From positions 70,432,001-70,496,000 of the forward strand of contig OX597824.1 in NCBI GenBank assembly GCA_951406725.2: a stretch of 64,000 nucleotides of DNA, written 5' to 3'. The translations under genes and the position numbers were made by a program. This document shows positions 42,215 through 54,073 of this stretch, piece by piece. The DNA comes from Octopus vulgaris (taxonomy: Eukaryota). The first letter of the stretch is position 1. Every line of letters begins with the position of its first letter. The notes beneath the pieces are model-generated. The model was not told the origin of the DNA. It did not search any database and worked only from the letters and a program-made list of their open reading frames with translations.

Positions 42215-42215
<1 letters not shown>
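41306..42215 (+). mobile_element. 5'-truncated CR1-group LINE, ORF2 C-terminus and 3' UTR (pseudogenised)
   Basis: YRWAEDNNMQF...LDYCSQLW...ELEAIQRSYTKKI...SYWERLKELKVFSLERRRERYAVIY...FKTKLDHFL with stops and frameshifts; 3' tail ggtgctccagcatgactgcagcttttcagctaaaac. Confidence 0.85.
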
Positions 42216-42260
<45 letters not shown>

Positions 42261-42281
42261 TTTATATAGATGTATTATATA

Positions 42282-42515
42282 CTAGCAGTATCGCCCGGCA
42301 AAAAAATGCATTAAAAATGGAATAAAAAATGATGTTAAATTATTTTTAAAATCGTAGACTCATCGTAGACGCGTGCTAATACCCAGACGGGCTCGATATG
42401 AATCACGACTATAAGATACCCGAATTTGGTTAAACTGCACCGCAAAATGTGGGAGTAGTTAGGAATCTAAATCGAAGGGGACAGACACTCACACAACTAC
42501 AGTTTTATATATATA
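42282..42515 (-). mobile_element. Internally deleted non-autonomous Helitron
   Basis: CTAG end and shared body with 6641-7033; tandem with the next copy. Confidence 0.8.
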
Positions 42516-43021
42516 CTAGCAGTATCGCCCGGCGTTGCTCGGGTTTGTAAGGGAAATAACTATATAAGCATTTTTAGAGAGTTACTTCCCTTATAAATTC
42601 GGGCTTTCTTAGCCATTTTTGTTTTGGTGTCTTCAAGCCATGAAGTCGTTGTTCTAAAAGAACGCTGGTTTCCTTAACAACGCATTACGACGTTGATTTC
42701 TTTACACTCCCTTCCCCACAGCTTCACGAGGGAGGGAAGGGGGAGAAGCAAACAGGTGCAGCTGTGAGCGTGGACGCCAACTCCGCCGCCATCGACACAC
42801 GATGCATTTTATGCATTAAAATGGAATAAAAAATGATGTTAAATTATTTTTAAAATCGTAGACTCATCGTTGACGCGCGCTAATAGTCAGACGGGCTCGA
42901 TATGAATCACGACTATAAGATACCCGGTTTTGGTTAAACTGCACCGCAAAATGTGGGAGGAGTTAAGAATCTAAATCGAAGGGGACAGACACTCACACAA
43001 CTAGAGTTTTATATATATAGA
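42516..43021 (-). mobile_element. Non-autonomous Helitron with about 210 bp of extra internal sequence
   Basis: TC...hairpin-CTAG ends; 42595-42803 is absent from the other copies. Confidence 0.85.
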
Positions 43022-43728
43022 TATATATAATATAAATATATATTATATATATATATTATATTCATTATATATATATATGTGTGTGTGTATGTATTATATG
43101 TATGTATTATATGTATGTATATATATATATATATATGTGTATGTGTGTGTGTGTGTAATATGTATATATGTAATATATCTATCTATCTATCTATCTATAT
43201 ATATATATATATAAAATTAAAAAATAGGATAAAATCTCAATAAGAAATTTTAATAAGAAATTATCAAGTAGTTAGCGTGAAAAACCTCATAGGAGAAATT
43301 TTTTCACTTCGAAATATTTATTTATATTATATAGAGGGCATTATTATACATAAATGCCGCACGCTAGGAGAGACTTTTAAAGCCATAACTACCAAATATA
43401 AACAAATCGTACCGAATGCAATTCTCGAAGCGAGTCATTTAAAAACAGAATTTAGCTCCTGATCACCTGTGATTTTGCAATTAACGCAGTATCCGTATCC
43501 CTTGCTTTTCAGTGAAGCGAATCCAAGATATATCATGAATGAACAAAAACAACATACCAGATAGACACCCATCGCCTCCATCGTAGCATTTGGAAATGTT
43601 CACCCCTCATACACCTATGTAAATGGCGGGCTTTTTCGAATTGCATTTCGGTAACAACGTGCATCTTCGGAACAAATTTTTAAAATAGGATAAAATCTTA
43701 ATAAGAAATTTTAATAAGAAATTATCAA

Positions 43729-43774
<46 letters not shown>

Positions 43775-44341
43775 GAGAAAAACGCCCCTCCCCCATCCAA
43801 TGGATGGTGCTGAGTTGTCAAACATTTAAACCAAATTTTCTCAAAACAACTTGTCCGACCGTCCCATAGGCCTCCCCTTTGAGAAACACTGATTTAACCT
43901 AAATTTGAGACACCAGCAAAAGAAGAAATAATGGTAGACTTTTTTGTATTCCAAAGAAAAACGATTTTATTCACACAAATATGCAACCGATGAGTTTAAA
44001 GTACCAGTAATGATAAGGCTATTGACTGGGAGAACACAAACATGGTTTAAATAGTAAGCTTGGCAGGAAAGAAACGTGCCTTTAAGCAGTACAAAAATAA
44101 CAAAAAATGGAATGTGCAGTTATGTACAGGTTGACGGAAGAAAAGCAGGACAAAAACGAGGTAAATCTAGATGGAAAAGCATGATGAATTTATGAGAACG
44201 TACCTGGGATAATAGGTTTATCCGATAAAACTTGTAGGAAATCAATTAGGAGCGATTTTTGATGAAAAGCAACAACCTAGGGAACTAAGTAACTAATTTT
44301 AAGCTAACTTACTTTACGGGATGTTCAAGGGAATGGAAAAG

Positions 44342-44640
44342 CTAGTGGAGCGCAGCCTTGTAAACCACATTCCTTGTTACTCCGTCTGGAGCGTAGTAGA
44401 AAAGGTTTGTGGAACAGCCAACCCTCGAACAGCCCACATACAGTTGTCCGTGAGAAAAGCAGGGAGTGCTGAGGTCCAACCCCACGACTTTCAGTGACTG
44501 CTCCTGTGCTTTGTTGATGGTCATCGCAAAGCTCAGGCGAATAGGGAATTGAACGCGTTTCATCGGGTAAACAGTCCGACAGAATCAATGACATGCTGGA
44601 AATAAAAACAACATCGTATGCTCCTTCTCCAATGATCCGA
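44342..44640 (-). pseudogene. Helitron RepHel PIF1-type helicase C-terminal fragment
   Basis: RVQFPIRLSFAMTINKAQEQSLKVVGLDLSTPCFSHGQLYVGCSRV...TRNVVY: SF1 helicase motifs V/VI typical of Helitrons; no Rep domain or intact upstream frame. Confidence 0.88.
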
Positions 44641-45378
44641 TGATGTTGCAGGTTGTACTGGACTACGTAACTACTAACACCTGTGAGTGACCTAACACTA
44701 ACACACACACACCGTCACACACATGAATGTATGTCATTATTCAATTTCATTTCAAAGTTTCTTGCTAATAGAATTCACTGGAATTTCAACAACATCAACA
44801 GGGTATTTTTGCATGTATGGGTGTATATGTGCAGTATTTGGAATCGGTGCATGTGTAGATATGTATGTATTCTCATGCATCTAGTTGCAGGGCGACATCT
44901 TAACACATACTTAAATGATAAACTTCTAGAAAGATTTTTAGTTCCGGCGAAGACTTGAATACGTAGTAATCGAACCAGCTTTCTCCTTTCTAGTTTTGAG
45001 AAGCCAAATTTTTCAAGATTGGTACATAGGCAGTGTGTTACACACCCCAAATGCCCCAATAATTACAGTTATAAACCTGAACATTTAATCTGGATAGAGC
45101 AACTGTAGATTTCTCAATAGTTCAGCATAGGTATTTTTTTTTCTTTTGCTTTATGTTATCATTTGTTGGGCAGCTGATTTCCACAATTGTACAGTTTCTC
45201 TTCTCTATCCTAAATCACTATGTCAGGTCTGTTATGTTTTCTTTTTATTGGGGTTTTCACTGGGTCATTCCACCAGTACTCCTTATTATGAGTGGCTATG
45301 GCTTCTACCATACTGTGGCTTCTTATTATCAATTAGAGAAACGTTATTGTCGGGAAAACGAAACAAGTTTTATTATTA

Positions 45379-45780
45379 CTAGCAGTATAGACCAGCGTTG
45401 CTCGGGTTTGTTTTCTTTTCGACTCTTTAGAATTAGAATTTTTGAAAAGTAAAACTTTTGCATTATGTAGCTTGTTATTCTCTTTAAGTGAACATTTTTC
45501 TGGTTGAAATACACCGAAAAATTGCGACACAGCAGTCAAAAAATCGTAAAAAATAGGGATTTTCATAGAAAAAAAGCACTTTTTTTATGTAAATAATTTT
45601 TGGTCTTAACATGGTCCGATTTGAATTTTTTCTTTTACGGAATGAAGAGCAAACCTTCTTCTATCATACTCTCAATTTTGGTCAGCTTGCGCTGCAGGGT
45701 CTCGGAGGAGATAGTGTTAGTTGAAGGCTACCAAACCTGCCGCACACACGCACAGACAACTTCAGCTTTATATATATAGA
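45379..45780 (-). mobile_element. Non-autonomous Helitron, second subfamily
   Basis: Minus TCtatatatataaagc...cccgagcaacgctggtctatactgCTAG; similar termini, different body. Confidence 0.78.
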
Positions 45781-46037
45781 TAATAATCCTCCTCATTAAA
45801 CGCAAAGAAAAAGATACAAAACATTGTTGTCGCTTGCATACGTCACAGGACATCCATTCCTCCACGTAGTGGATGTTGACAGCAAATGGAGCACCTGACT
45901 AGGGAAACGTGTTCCTTCCACACAAACAAAATAAAAAAGATCCAAAGAGCTGATGCTTCTATTCGGGCTGGCAGGCACATAGCAAAGGACGACATTAAGG
46001 AAGTAATACTTGATGGCGGTGATATATGTGTATGTCA

Positions 46038-46420
46038 GGAGGCGCAATGGCCCAGTGGTTAGGGTAGCGGACTCGCGGTCGTAGGATCGCGGTTTCGATT
46101 CCCAGATCGGGCGTTGTGAGTGTTTATTGAGCGAAAACACCTAAAAGCTCCACGATGCTCCGGCAGGGATGGTGGTGATCCCTGCTGTACTCTTTCACCA
46201 CAACTTTCTCTCACTCTTACTTCCTGTTTCTGTTGTACTTGTATTTCAAGGGGCCAGCTTTGTCACTCTCTGTGTCACGCTGAATATCCCCGAGAACTAC
46301 GTTAAGGGTGCACGTGTCTGTGGAGTGCTCAGCCACTTACACGTTAATTTCACGAGCAGGCTGTTCCGTTGATTCGGATCAACCGGAACCCTCATCGTCG
46401 TAACCGACGGAGTGCTTCCC
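46038..46420 (+). mobile_element. SINE family C, full length with 14-bp TSD
   Basis: TSD ATATGTGTATGTCA at 46024-46037 and 46421-46434. Confidence 0.92.
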
Positions 46421-46696
46421 ATATGTGTATGTCACCTCTGACTGACTTTTCAAAGATAGCTTTTTTCTCAAACTATTTCTGGGTGAGACTGACCAACCAG
46501 CTCGCCACCCAGTCCCAATTCTTCTCCATTTGCTTACTCTTCGGCTCACAGGACAGGGTATTCTCCCATTCTGTTTGCCTGTTGCAGTAAATGTCTGCTG
46601 AGAGATCACTGAAAAAGTCTGTCATACGAATGAAATTCAACGAAGGTAATACAACAAACACACCCAAACACATCCACACACGCGCACACACACAAT

Positions 46697-46911
46697 AGGT
46701 GTGGCTGTGATAACAAGCTTCCTTCCCAACTACCCGGTTCCGGGTCCACACAATAGGTGTGGCTGTGTGGTAAGAAGCTTGCTTCCCAACTATATGGTTC
46801 CGGGTTCAATTCTACTGCGTGGGATATTGGACAAGTCTCTTCTACTATAGCCACGAATCGACCAATGCCTTGTGAGTGGGTTTGGGAAACGGAAACTGAA
46901 AGAAGACCGTC

Positions 46912-46976
<65 letters not shown>

Positions 46977-47186
46977 GGGCATTTGTGTTTGTCTCCCCGC
47001 TACCACCGCTTGGCGAACGATGTTGGTGCGTTTACTTCCTCGTAACTTAGCGGTTTGGCAAAACAGACCGATAGAATAAGTACTAGTCTTACAAAGAACA
47101 AGTCCTGGAGTCGATTTGTTCGACTAAAGGCGGTGCTCCAGTATGGACGCATTCAAATGACTAAAACAAGTAAATGAATAAAAGAA
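46697..47186 (+). mobile_element. SINE family A with duplicated head
   Basis: Head ggtgtggctgtg at both 46697 and 46756; full body and tail. Confidence 0.85.
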
Positions 47187-47202
47187 TATATATATTTATA
47201 TC

Positions 47203-47813
47203 ATTTGTTTCAGTCATTTGACAGTGGCCATGCTGGGGCACAACCTTAAAGAATTCTTAGTCGAATGAATCCACTACAGTATTTATTTTCTTTTTCAGCC
47301 TGGTACTTATTCTATCGGTTGCTTTTGCCGAACCTATAGGTTACGGGGACGTAAACATACCAACATCGGTTGTCAAGCGGTGGTGGGGTACAAATACAGA
47401 CATACACACATGGTCATGCAAGTATGTGTACGACGGGCTTCTTTCAGTTTCCGTCTACCTGATTCACTCACAAGGCTTTGGTCGGCCCGAGGCACTTGCC
47501 TAAAGTGCCACGCTGTGGGACTGAACCCAGAAGCATGTGATCGGGAAGCAAACCTCTTACCTCTACAGCCACGCTACACCTATCTTTTACTGGTTTCATT
47601 CATTTGACTGCGGCCATGCTGGAGCACCGCCTTTAGTCGAACTAATTATCTTCAGGACTTATTCTTTGTAAGCCTAGTTCTTATTCTATCGGTCTCTTTT
47701 GCCGGATCGCTAGATTACGGAGAAATAAGCATACCAACACCGGTTGTCAAGCGATGGTAGGACAAACACAACCACACAAACGTACACACACACACACACA
47801 CACACATACACAC

Positions 47814-47872
<59 letters not shown>

Positions 47873-48031
47873 GTTTTTCCTTGGGGCTGGCCGGATCGGA
47901 GCGATCTCAAGATTAATCAGCCGAAATTGCGAGGATGATCCGGTTCTTGACTGAAGATTGAAGGCTTCGAATGTCCCGTCCGTGATTTTTGTATCGTCTT
48001 CTAAATGTTTTGCGTTCTTGTCCCAGTTTGT

Positions 48032-48073
<42 letters not shown>

Positions 48074-48248
48074 CATACATATACGACAGGCTTCTTTCAG
48101 TTTCCGTCTACCAAATCCATTCACAAGGCTTTGATTGACCCGAGGCTATGGTAAAAGTTACTTGCCCAGGGTGCCACGCAGTGGGACTGAACCCGGAACC
48201 ATGTGGTTGGGAAGAAAGTTTCTTACTACGCGGCCACGCCTGCGCCTA
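47203..48248 (-). mobile_element. Two tandem SINE family A copies, the second interrupted by the 47872-48038 repeat
   Basis: 47203-47577 and 47583-48248 are each colinear with family A. Confidence 0.85.
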
Positions 48249-48525
48249 TACACTTGCTTCAGAAATACATTTGCTTTATAAGCAGCTAAGTTCAGTCTCT
48301 TTATAACTCACTCACTGCACACTTCTTCACGATGATGATGATGATGATGATGATGATGATCGGCATTGTTGTCATAATTAAATTAGGCAGAAACAACTGG
48401 CGATATGACTTCTCATCCATTTACATTAATCATATTGTCGTTAACAGTTCTTAACTCAATCGCTTCCATCGCTTATTGTTTCACGCACACAAATACACAT
48501 ACATGTACACATACACACATTAAAC

Positions 48526-48582
<57 letters not shown>

Positions 48583-48816
48583 ACCTCTCAAATATTTTCT
48601 TCGCCTTCATTCTTTCCTTCCACCTTTTCTTTAATGTTTATGCGTGTGTAATTATGTACGCGTGTATGTATGTATGTATGTATGTATGTATGTATGTATG
48701 TATGTATGTATGTATGTGTGTATGTATGTATTTACACACACATATATATATACACACACCTACACACATTATTTTTCCTCCATTTGCCTCTCTCTTTGCG
48801 TGTACATGTTTGTGTG

Positions 48817-48858
<42 letters not shown>

Positions 48859-48940
48859 GGTCCCGGGTTGAGTCGGGGTTAACCACAGTAAATAAGGTAC
48901 TCAATACATAGCAGAGTAAATTAATTTATTATATAGAAGG

Positions 48941-48991
48941 AGCTTCTACAGGACTAGAACTGTTTCATTCAAAAGAAATCATCAGGAAGCT
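48941..48991 (-). ncRNA. Type-I hammerhead ribozyme (inverted copy)
   Basis: Exact reverse complement of 49537-49587. Confidence 0.8.
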
Positions 48992-49206
48992 AGTAGACAA
49001 GAGTTGTTTTGGCATTTATACATTTAGGCAGGTTTAAATGGGTGGTGGTGGGGGACTTTTTTGGGGGTAGGCATGGCGCAAAACTGTCATTATTAGGGGA
49101 GTGGTCAAAGGAATCGGTGGTAAAGTAGATAAAAGAATAAATAAAAGAATAAAAGAATAAATAGAAAAATAGAGTTTTAGGTAAGTAAGGAGACTCTCAC
49201 TTGTAC

Positions 49207-49254
<48 letters not shown>

Positions 49255-49536
49255 CCACATATTCACATATATCTATATATATACATACCCATATATACAT
49301 ACATATATATACACATACATACATATACATATATATATACATATATATACATATATATACACATACCCATGTACATACACACAAATACACATATACATAC
49401 ATATATATACATATATGTATACACACTCGCACATATATATACATACACACATATACACAAGCATATACAAAGTCCCCCACCACCACCCATTTAAACCTGC
49501 CTAAATGTATAAATGCCAAAACAACTCGTGTCTACT

Positions 49537-49587
49537 AGCTTCCTGATGATTTCTTTTGAATGAAACAGTTCTAGTCCTGTAGAAGCT
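49537..49587 (+). ncRNA. Type-I hammerhead ribozyme
   Basis: AGCTTC-CTGATGA-tTTC-TTTT-GAAt-GAA-ACAG-TTCTAGTC-CTGT-A-GAAGCT: 6-bp stem I, canonical core, 4-bp stem III, GUA site (cut after 49581), AATAAA just downstream. Stem II is weak. Confidence 0.8.
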
Positions 49588-49602
49588 CCTTCTATATAAT
49601 AA

Positions 49603-49649
<47 letters not shown>

Positions 49650-49655
<6 letters not shown>

Positions 49656-50512
49656 GCGATGTGTAAATTGTCGCCACTTTATATATTTAATTTTGCGCAT
49701 GCGCATTGTTTGTTTTTGATTTTGTCGACTACACAGTATGGTAGGGACGGTTGGGTACTGTCCGAGAAAAACAGCACCATCACGCAACTCACTCTGCCAG
49801 AAATTTGGAAACGACATGCTGTACTGATTGGCATTCGCTCCGGAAACTCCAATACGAACATTTCAGAGTGTTTGGGTGTCAATCTGAGAACATGTACCGA
49901 GAGTGATAAAAATCAAACATTCAGTTAACATCATGGTGTTTAGAGTGATCACTAGTGATGGCGACGTTATGCCTCCATTCATCTTCCCACATGGCCTCAA
50001 ACTCAACATGGAGGCTTACATCAAGTGCCTGGAGGAGGTAATGCTGCCTGGGTCAAGAGGGTGGGTGCTGGAAGACGCTATGCCCGACAACAGAACTATG
50101 CACCATACCACACAAGCAGGAGAACCCAGTCATGGCTGTCAGACAATTTCTGCGGCCACAACATCCCTAACATCCGGCCATCTAACTTCCCAGATTGCAA
50201 CCCCTTTGATTATTATATGTGGGGCGCAGTTGAGCGAGAGACCAACGAAACTCCTTATAAAGCCAAAGATGAAGTGAAAGCAAGGATTATAGCAGCATTC
50301 CCCAAATTAAACAAGGAGACCGTCCAGAAAAGTTGCAGGAGATTCCGAAGTCGTCCGGAGACCGTGGTTGAAGCCAAAGACGATTTTATTGAATTACTTT
50401 ACTCCTTCAAGATTCTTTTATGTAATTTTGGTAAATATATCTGTTAAAATGAGATGTCAATGTTATTTTCATATTTGCATAATTTAGACGACAGTTTATT
50501 CACCGCACCTTG
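49650..50512 (+). mobile_element. Internally deleted Tc1/mariner DD37D (maT-type) transposon
   Basis: Imperfect 28-bp TIRs (21/28) in TA context. QQ[D>N]YAPYH...PDCNPFDYYMWG has 37 residues between the second and third catalytic positions; frameshifted. Confidence 0.85.
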
Positions 50513-50617
50513 TATATAGTGTGTTGCTCCGTGATGGTAAGATCAACAAAAGAAGTACTCCATCTGGTAGGACATAAATATTGTTTAATAAACATACTAT
50601 ATATTTTTATGATCTCC

Positions 50618-51572
50618 AATCCTTTCTATAATAGGCACAAGGCCAGAAATTTGGGGGAGGGGGATAGTCGATTACATCGACCCCGGTACTCAACTGGTAC
50701 TTAATTTATCGACCCCGAAAGGATGAAAGGTAAAGTCGACCTCGGCAGAATTTGAACTCAGAACGTAGCGACGGGTGAAATACCTATTTCTTTTACTACC
50801 CACAAGGGTCTAAACACAGAGAGGACAAACAAGGACAGACAAACGGATTAAGTCGATTATATCGACCCCAGTGCGTAACTGGTACTTAATTTATCGACCC
50901 CGAAAGGATGAAAGGTAAAGTCGACCTCTGCGGAATTTGAACTCAGAACGTAGCGACGGGTGAAATACCTATTTCTTTATTTCCCACAAGGGGCTAAACA
51001 CAGAGAGGACAAACAAGGACAGACAAACGGATTAAGTCGATTATATCGACCCCAGTGCGTAACTGGTACTTAATTTATCGACCCCGAAAGGATGAAAAGC
51101 AAAGTCGACCGCGGCGGAATTTGAACTCAGAACGTAGCGGCGGGTGAAATACCTATTTCTTTTACTACCCACAAGGGTCTAAACACAGAGAGGACAAACA
51201 AGGACAGACAAACGGATTAAGTCGATTATATCGACCCCAGTGCGTAACTGGTACTTAATTTATCGACCCCGAAAGGATGAAAGGTAAAGTCGACCTCGGC
51301 GGAATTTGAACCCAGAACGTAGCGACGGGTGAAATACCTATTTCTTTTACTACCCACAAGGGTCTAAAACACAGAGAGGACAAACAAGGACAGACAAACG
51401 GATTAAGTCGATTATATCGACCCCAGTGCGTAACTGGTACTTAATTTATCGACCCCGAAAGGATGAAAGGTAAAGTCGACCTCGGAGGAATTTGAACTCA
51501 GAACGTAACGGCAGACGAAATACCGCTAAGCATTTCGCCCGGCGTCCTAACGATTCTGCCAGCTCGCCGCCC
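50618..51572 (-). mobile_element. SINE family B pentameric head-to-tail array (about 184-bp period)
   Basis: Junction tacctatttc recurs near 50781, 50966, 51150 and 51335; only the 5'-most unit has a full head. Confidence 0.93.
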
Positions 51573-51929
51573 TCTTTATAATCTCCAGTCTTCAGACTCT
51601 GGCCTAAGGATTGCTTGAAAGCACCAGACGTGTTATAAAATGCTGTTTGAGTCGTTTTCACTACATGAAACTATTAGTAGTTCATAAAAATATATACTTT
51701 GTTTAGCTATATAAATCGTCATAATTTATATATATATATATAAGGTTTTAGCAGATATGAGAAATGAAAGAACAGATCTTTATTCGATTAGTTGACAGGT
51801 GTTTCATTAACTGTGTTAGTTATATAAGTGACACTACATCATCTGTGACACATATGTAAATGAATATACACATGAATATATATATATATATGTGTGTGTG
51901 TGTGGGGGGTATTCTTTCATTTTCTTTTA

Positions 51930-52316
51930 TTTCTTTTACTTGTTTCAGTCATTTGCTGTGGTCATGCTGGAGCACCGCCTTTAGTCGAACAAATCGACCC
52001 CATGACTTATTCTTTGTTAGCCTAGTACTTATTCTATCGTTCTCTTTTGCCGAACCACTAAGTTACGGGGACGTAAACACACCAGCATCGGTTGTCAAGC
52101 GATGTTGGGGGGGACAAACACAGACACACAAAGCATACATATACATATATACGACGGGCTTCTTTCAGTTTCTGTCTACCAAATCCACTCACAAGGCTTT
52201 GGTCGACCTAAGGGTATAGTAGAAAGAAACTTGCCCAAGTTGCCACGCAGTGGGACTGAACCCGGAACCATGTGGTTCGTAAGCAAGCTACTTACCACAC
52301 AGCCACTCCTACGCCT
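51930..52316 (-). mobile_element. SINE family A, full length
   Basis: Colinear with 1763-2163. Confidence 0.9.
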
Positions 52317-53069
52317 ATAATATATATGAATAAATAAATAAATGTGAGTTTCTGCGTGTGTGTGTGTGTGTGTATTATAACATAACGGACACTACATTTC
52401 AGAACATTTCATCGTAGGTTAACCACAGACTCTGTGATAAATTGCAAATATTTATACAAGTGTATATGTGCATGATGTCAACAATACACACACACGCACG
52501 CGCACACACACACACACACACAGTATGTGTGGACTACAATATGAAGGAACTACAATATGAAGGAACTTATGAGTGGCTTAGATGAGCACCATTTTTTAAA
52601 AATCTTCGCCATAAACATGGTGGTCAACCCGGCGAACGTAGAGAGCCAAATGAAAAACCTCAAAGACAAGAATACTACTACCATTAATAAGAGCTTTCAT
52701 GAACGATTTAATTGTAACACTACCATCAATTGCTAATTGCAGGAGGATCTTACAAGGACTTGAGAAGCTCATCAAAGTGATGGAAAATGTTTGAAAAATT
52801 TCCACTTTTCTTCCTCCAAAGCTACCATGAAAACTATTATTTGAATTGTCACTCAAGAACTCTTAGAAAGTCTTTGATTGCAGCCTGAAGGAAGAGTTGC
52901 TAACTAGAAATCTATTGGGGGATTCTGAAGCCTGGTTTACAAAGGACTATGTTTACAAAGGACTATACAAAGGACTATGTTGTCTGGCCACTTCCAGGCT
53001 TAGAATATACCAGCATATCATTTCGTTCCAGAGCTCCGTGGTACTTTATTATATGATATCAGTAATAAG

Positions 53070-53285
53070 GAGGCGAGCTGGCAGAATCGTTAGCACACCG
53101 GACGAAATGTTTAGCAGTATCTCGTCTGTCGCTACGTTCTGAGTTCAAATTCCGCCGAGGTCGACTTTGCCTTTAATCTTGTCGGAGTCGATAAATTAAG
53201 TACCAGTGAAACGCTGGATCGATATAATCAACTAATTCCTCCCCCCACCTCTAAATTTCAGGCCTTGTGCCAATAATAGAAAGGC
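53070..53285 (+). mobile_element. SINE family B (short tail)
   Basis: gaggcgagctggcagaatcg...aatttcaggccttgtgcc. Confidence 0.85.
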
Positions 53286-53538
53286 TTATATGATATCAGT
53301 AATTCAACTGTGGAAGCCTGAGAGAAGACCAGCAGCTATTTCAAGAGGTGTGTGTGTGTGTGTGTGTGTAATAAAATAACGAAGGTGCTAGATGCAATAT
53401 AAAACCAACTTGGAAAACTTCAATTGCCACTAATAGAGAATGAGGGTGAGGGTAGCACCTACTCTTGTTTCTAGCAATGTAAGTGCTATCCTGCACCCTC
53501 ACTCACAATTAGTGACAACTGAGATTTTCCCCTTTTGT

Positions 53539-53691
53539 TGGCTGTGTGGTAAGTAGCTTCCTTACCAATTACATGGTTCCGGGTTCAGTCCCACTGCGTG
53601 GCACCTTCGGCTAGTGTCTTCTACTAGAGCCTCGGGCCGACCAAAGCCTTGTGAGTGGATTTGGTAGACGTAAACTGAAAGACGCCCGTCG

Positions 53692-53733
<42 letters not shown>

Positions 53734-53915
53734 TGTGTCTGTCCCCCCAACATCGCTTGACAACCGATGGTGGTGTGTTTACGTCCCCGTAACTTAGCGG
53801 TTCGGCAAAAGAGACCCATAGAATAAGTAGTAGGCTTACAAAGAATTTGCTCGACTAAAGGCGATGCTCCAGCATGGCCACAGTCAAATGACTGAAACAT
53901 ATAAAAAAGAAAGAA
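53539..53915 (+). mobile_element. SINE family A
   Basis: tggctgtgtgg...ggttcagtccc...tail. Confidence 0.88.
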
Positions 53916-53918
53916 ATA

Positions 53919-53963
<45 letters not shown>

Positions 53964-54023
53964 TTATACATATATATGTACATATATATATATATATTTA
54001 TACATATATATGTATATATTTAT

Positions 54024-54073
<50 letters not shown>

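Noticed and set aside
43860-43891. hAT-like TIR (cagtgtttctcaaa on the minus strand)
   Set aside because: No partner TIR or 8-bp TSD found.
46038-46110. tRNA-like sequence with A and B boxes
   Set aside because: It is the head of SINE C, continuing into a 300-bp body bounded by TSDs; no proper acceptor stem.
50618-51572. Regular repeat array resembling CRISPR
   Set aside because: Units of about 184 bp are near-identical throughout, with no unique spacers and no cas genes; it is a SINE multimer in eukaryotic DNA.
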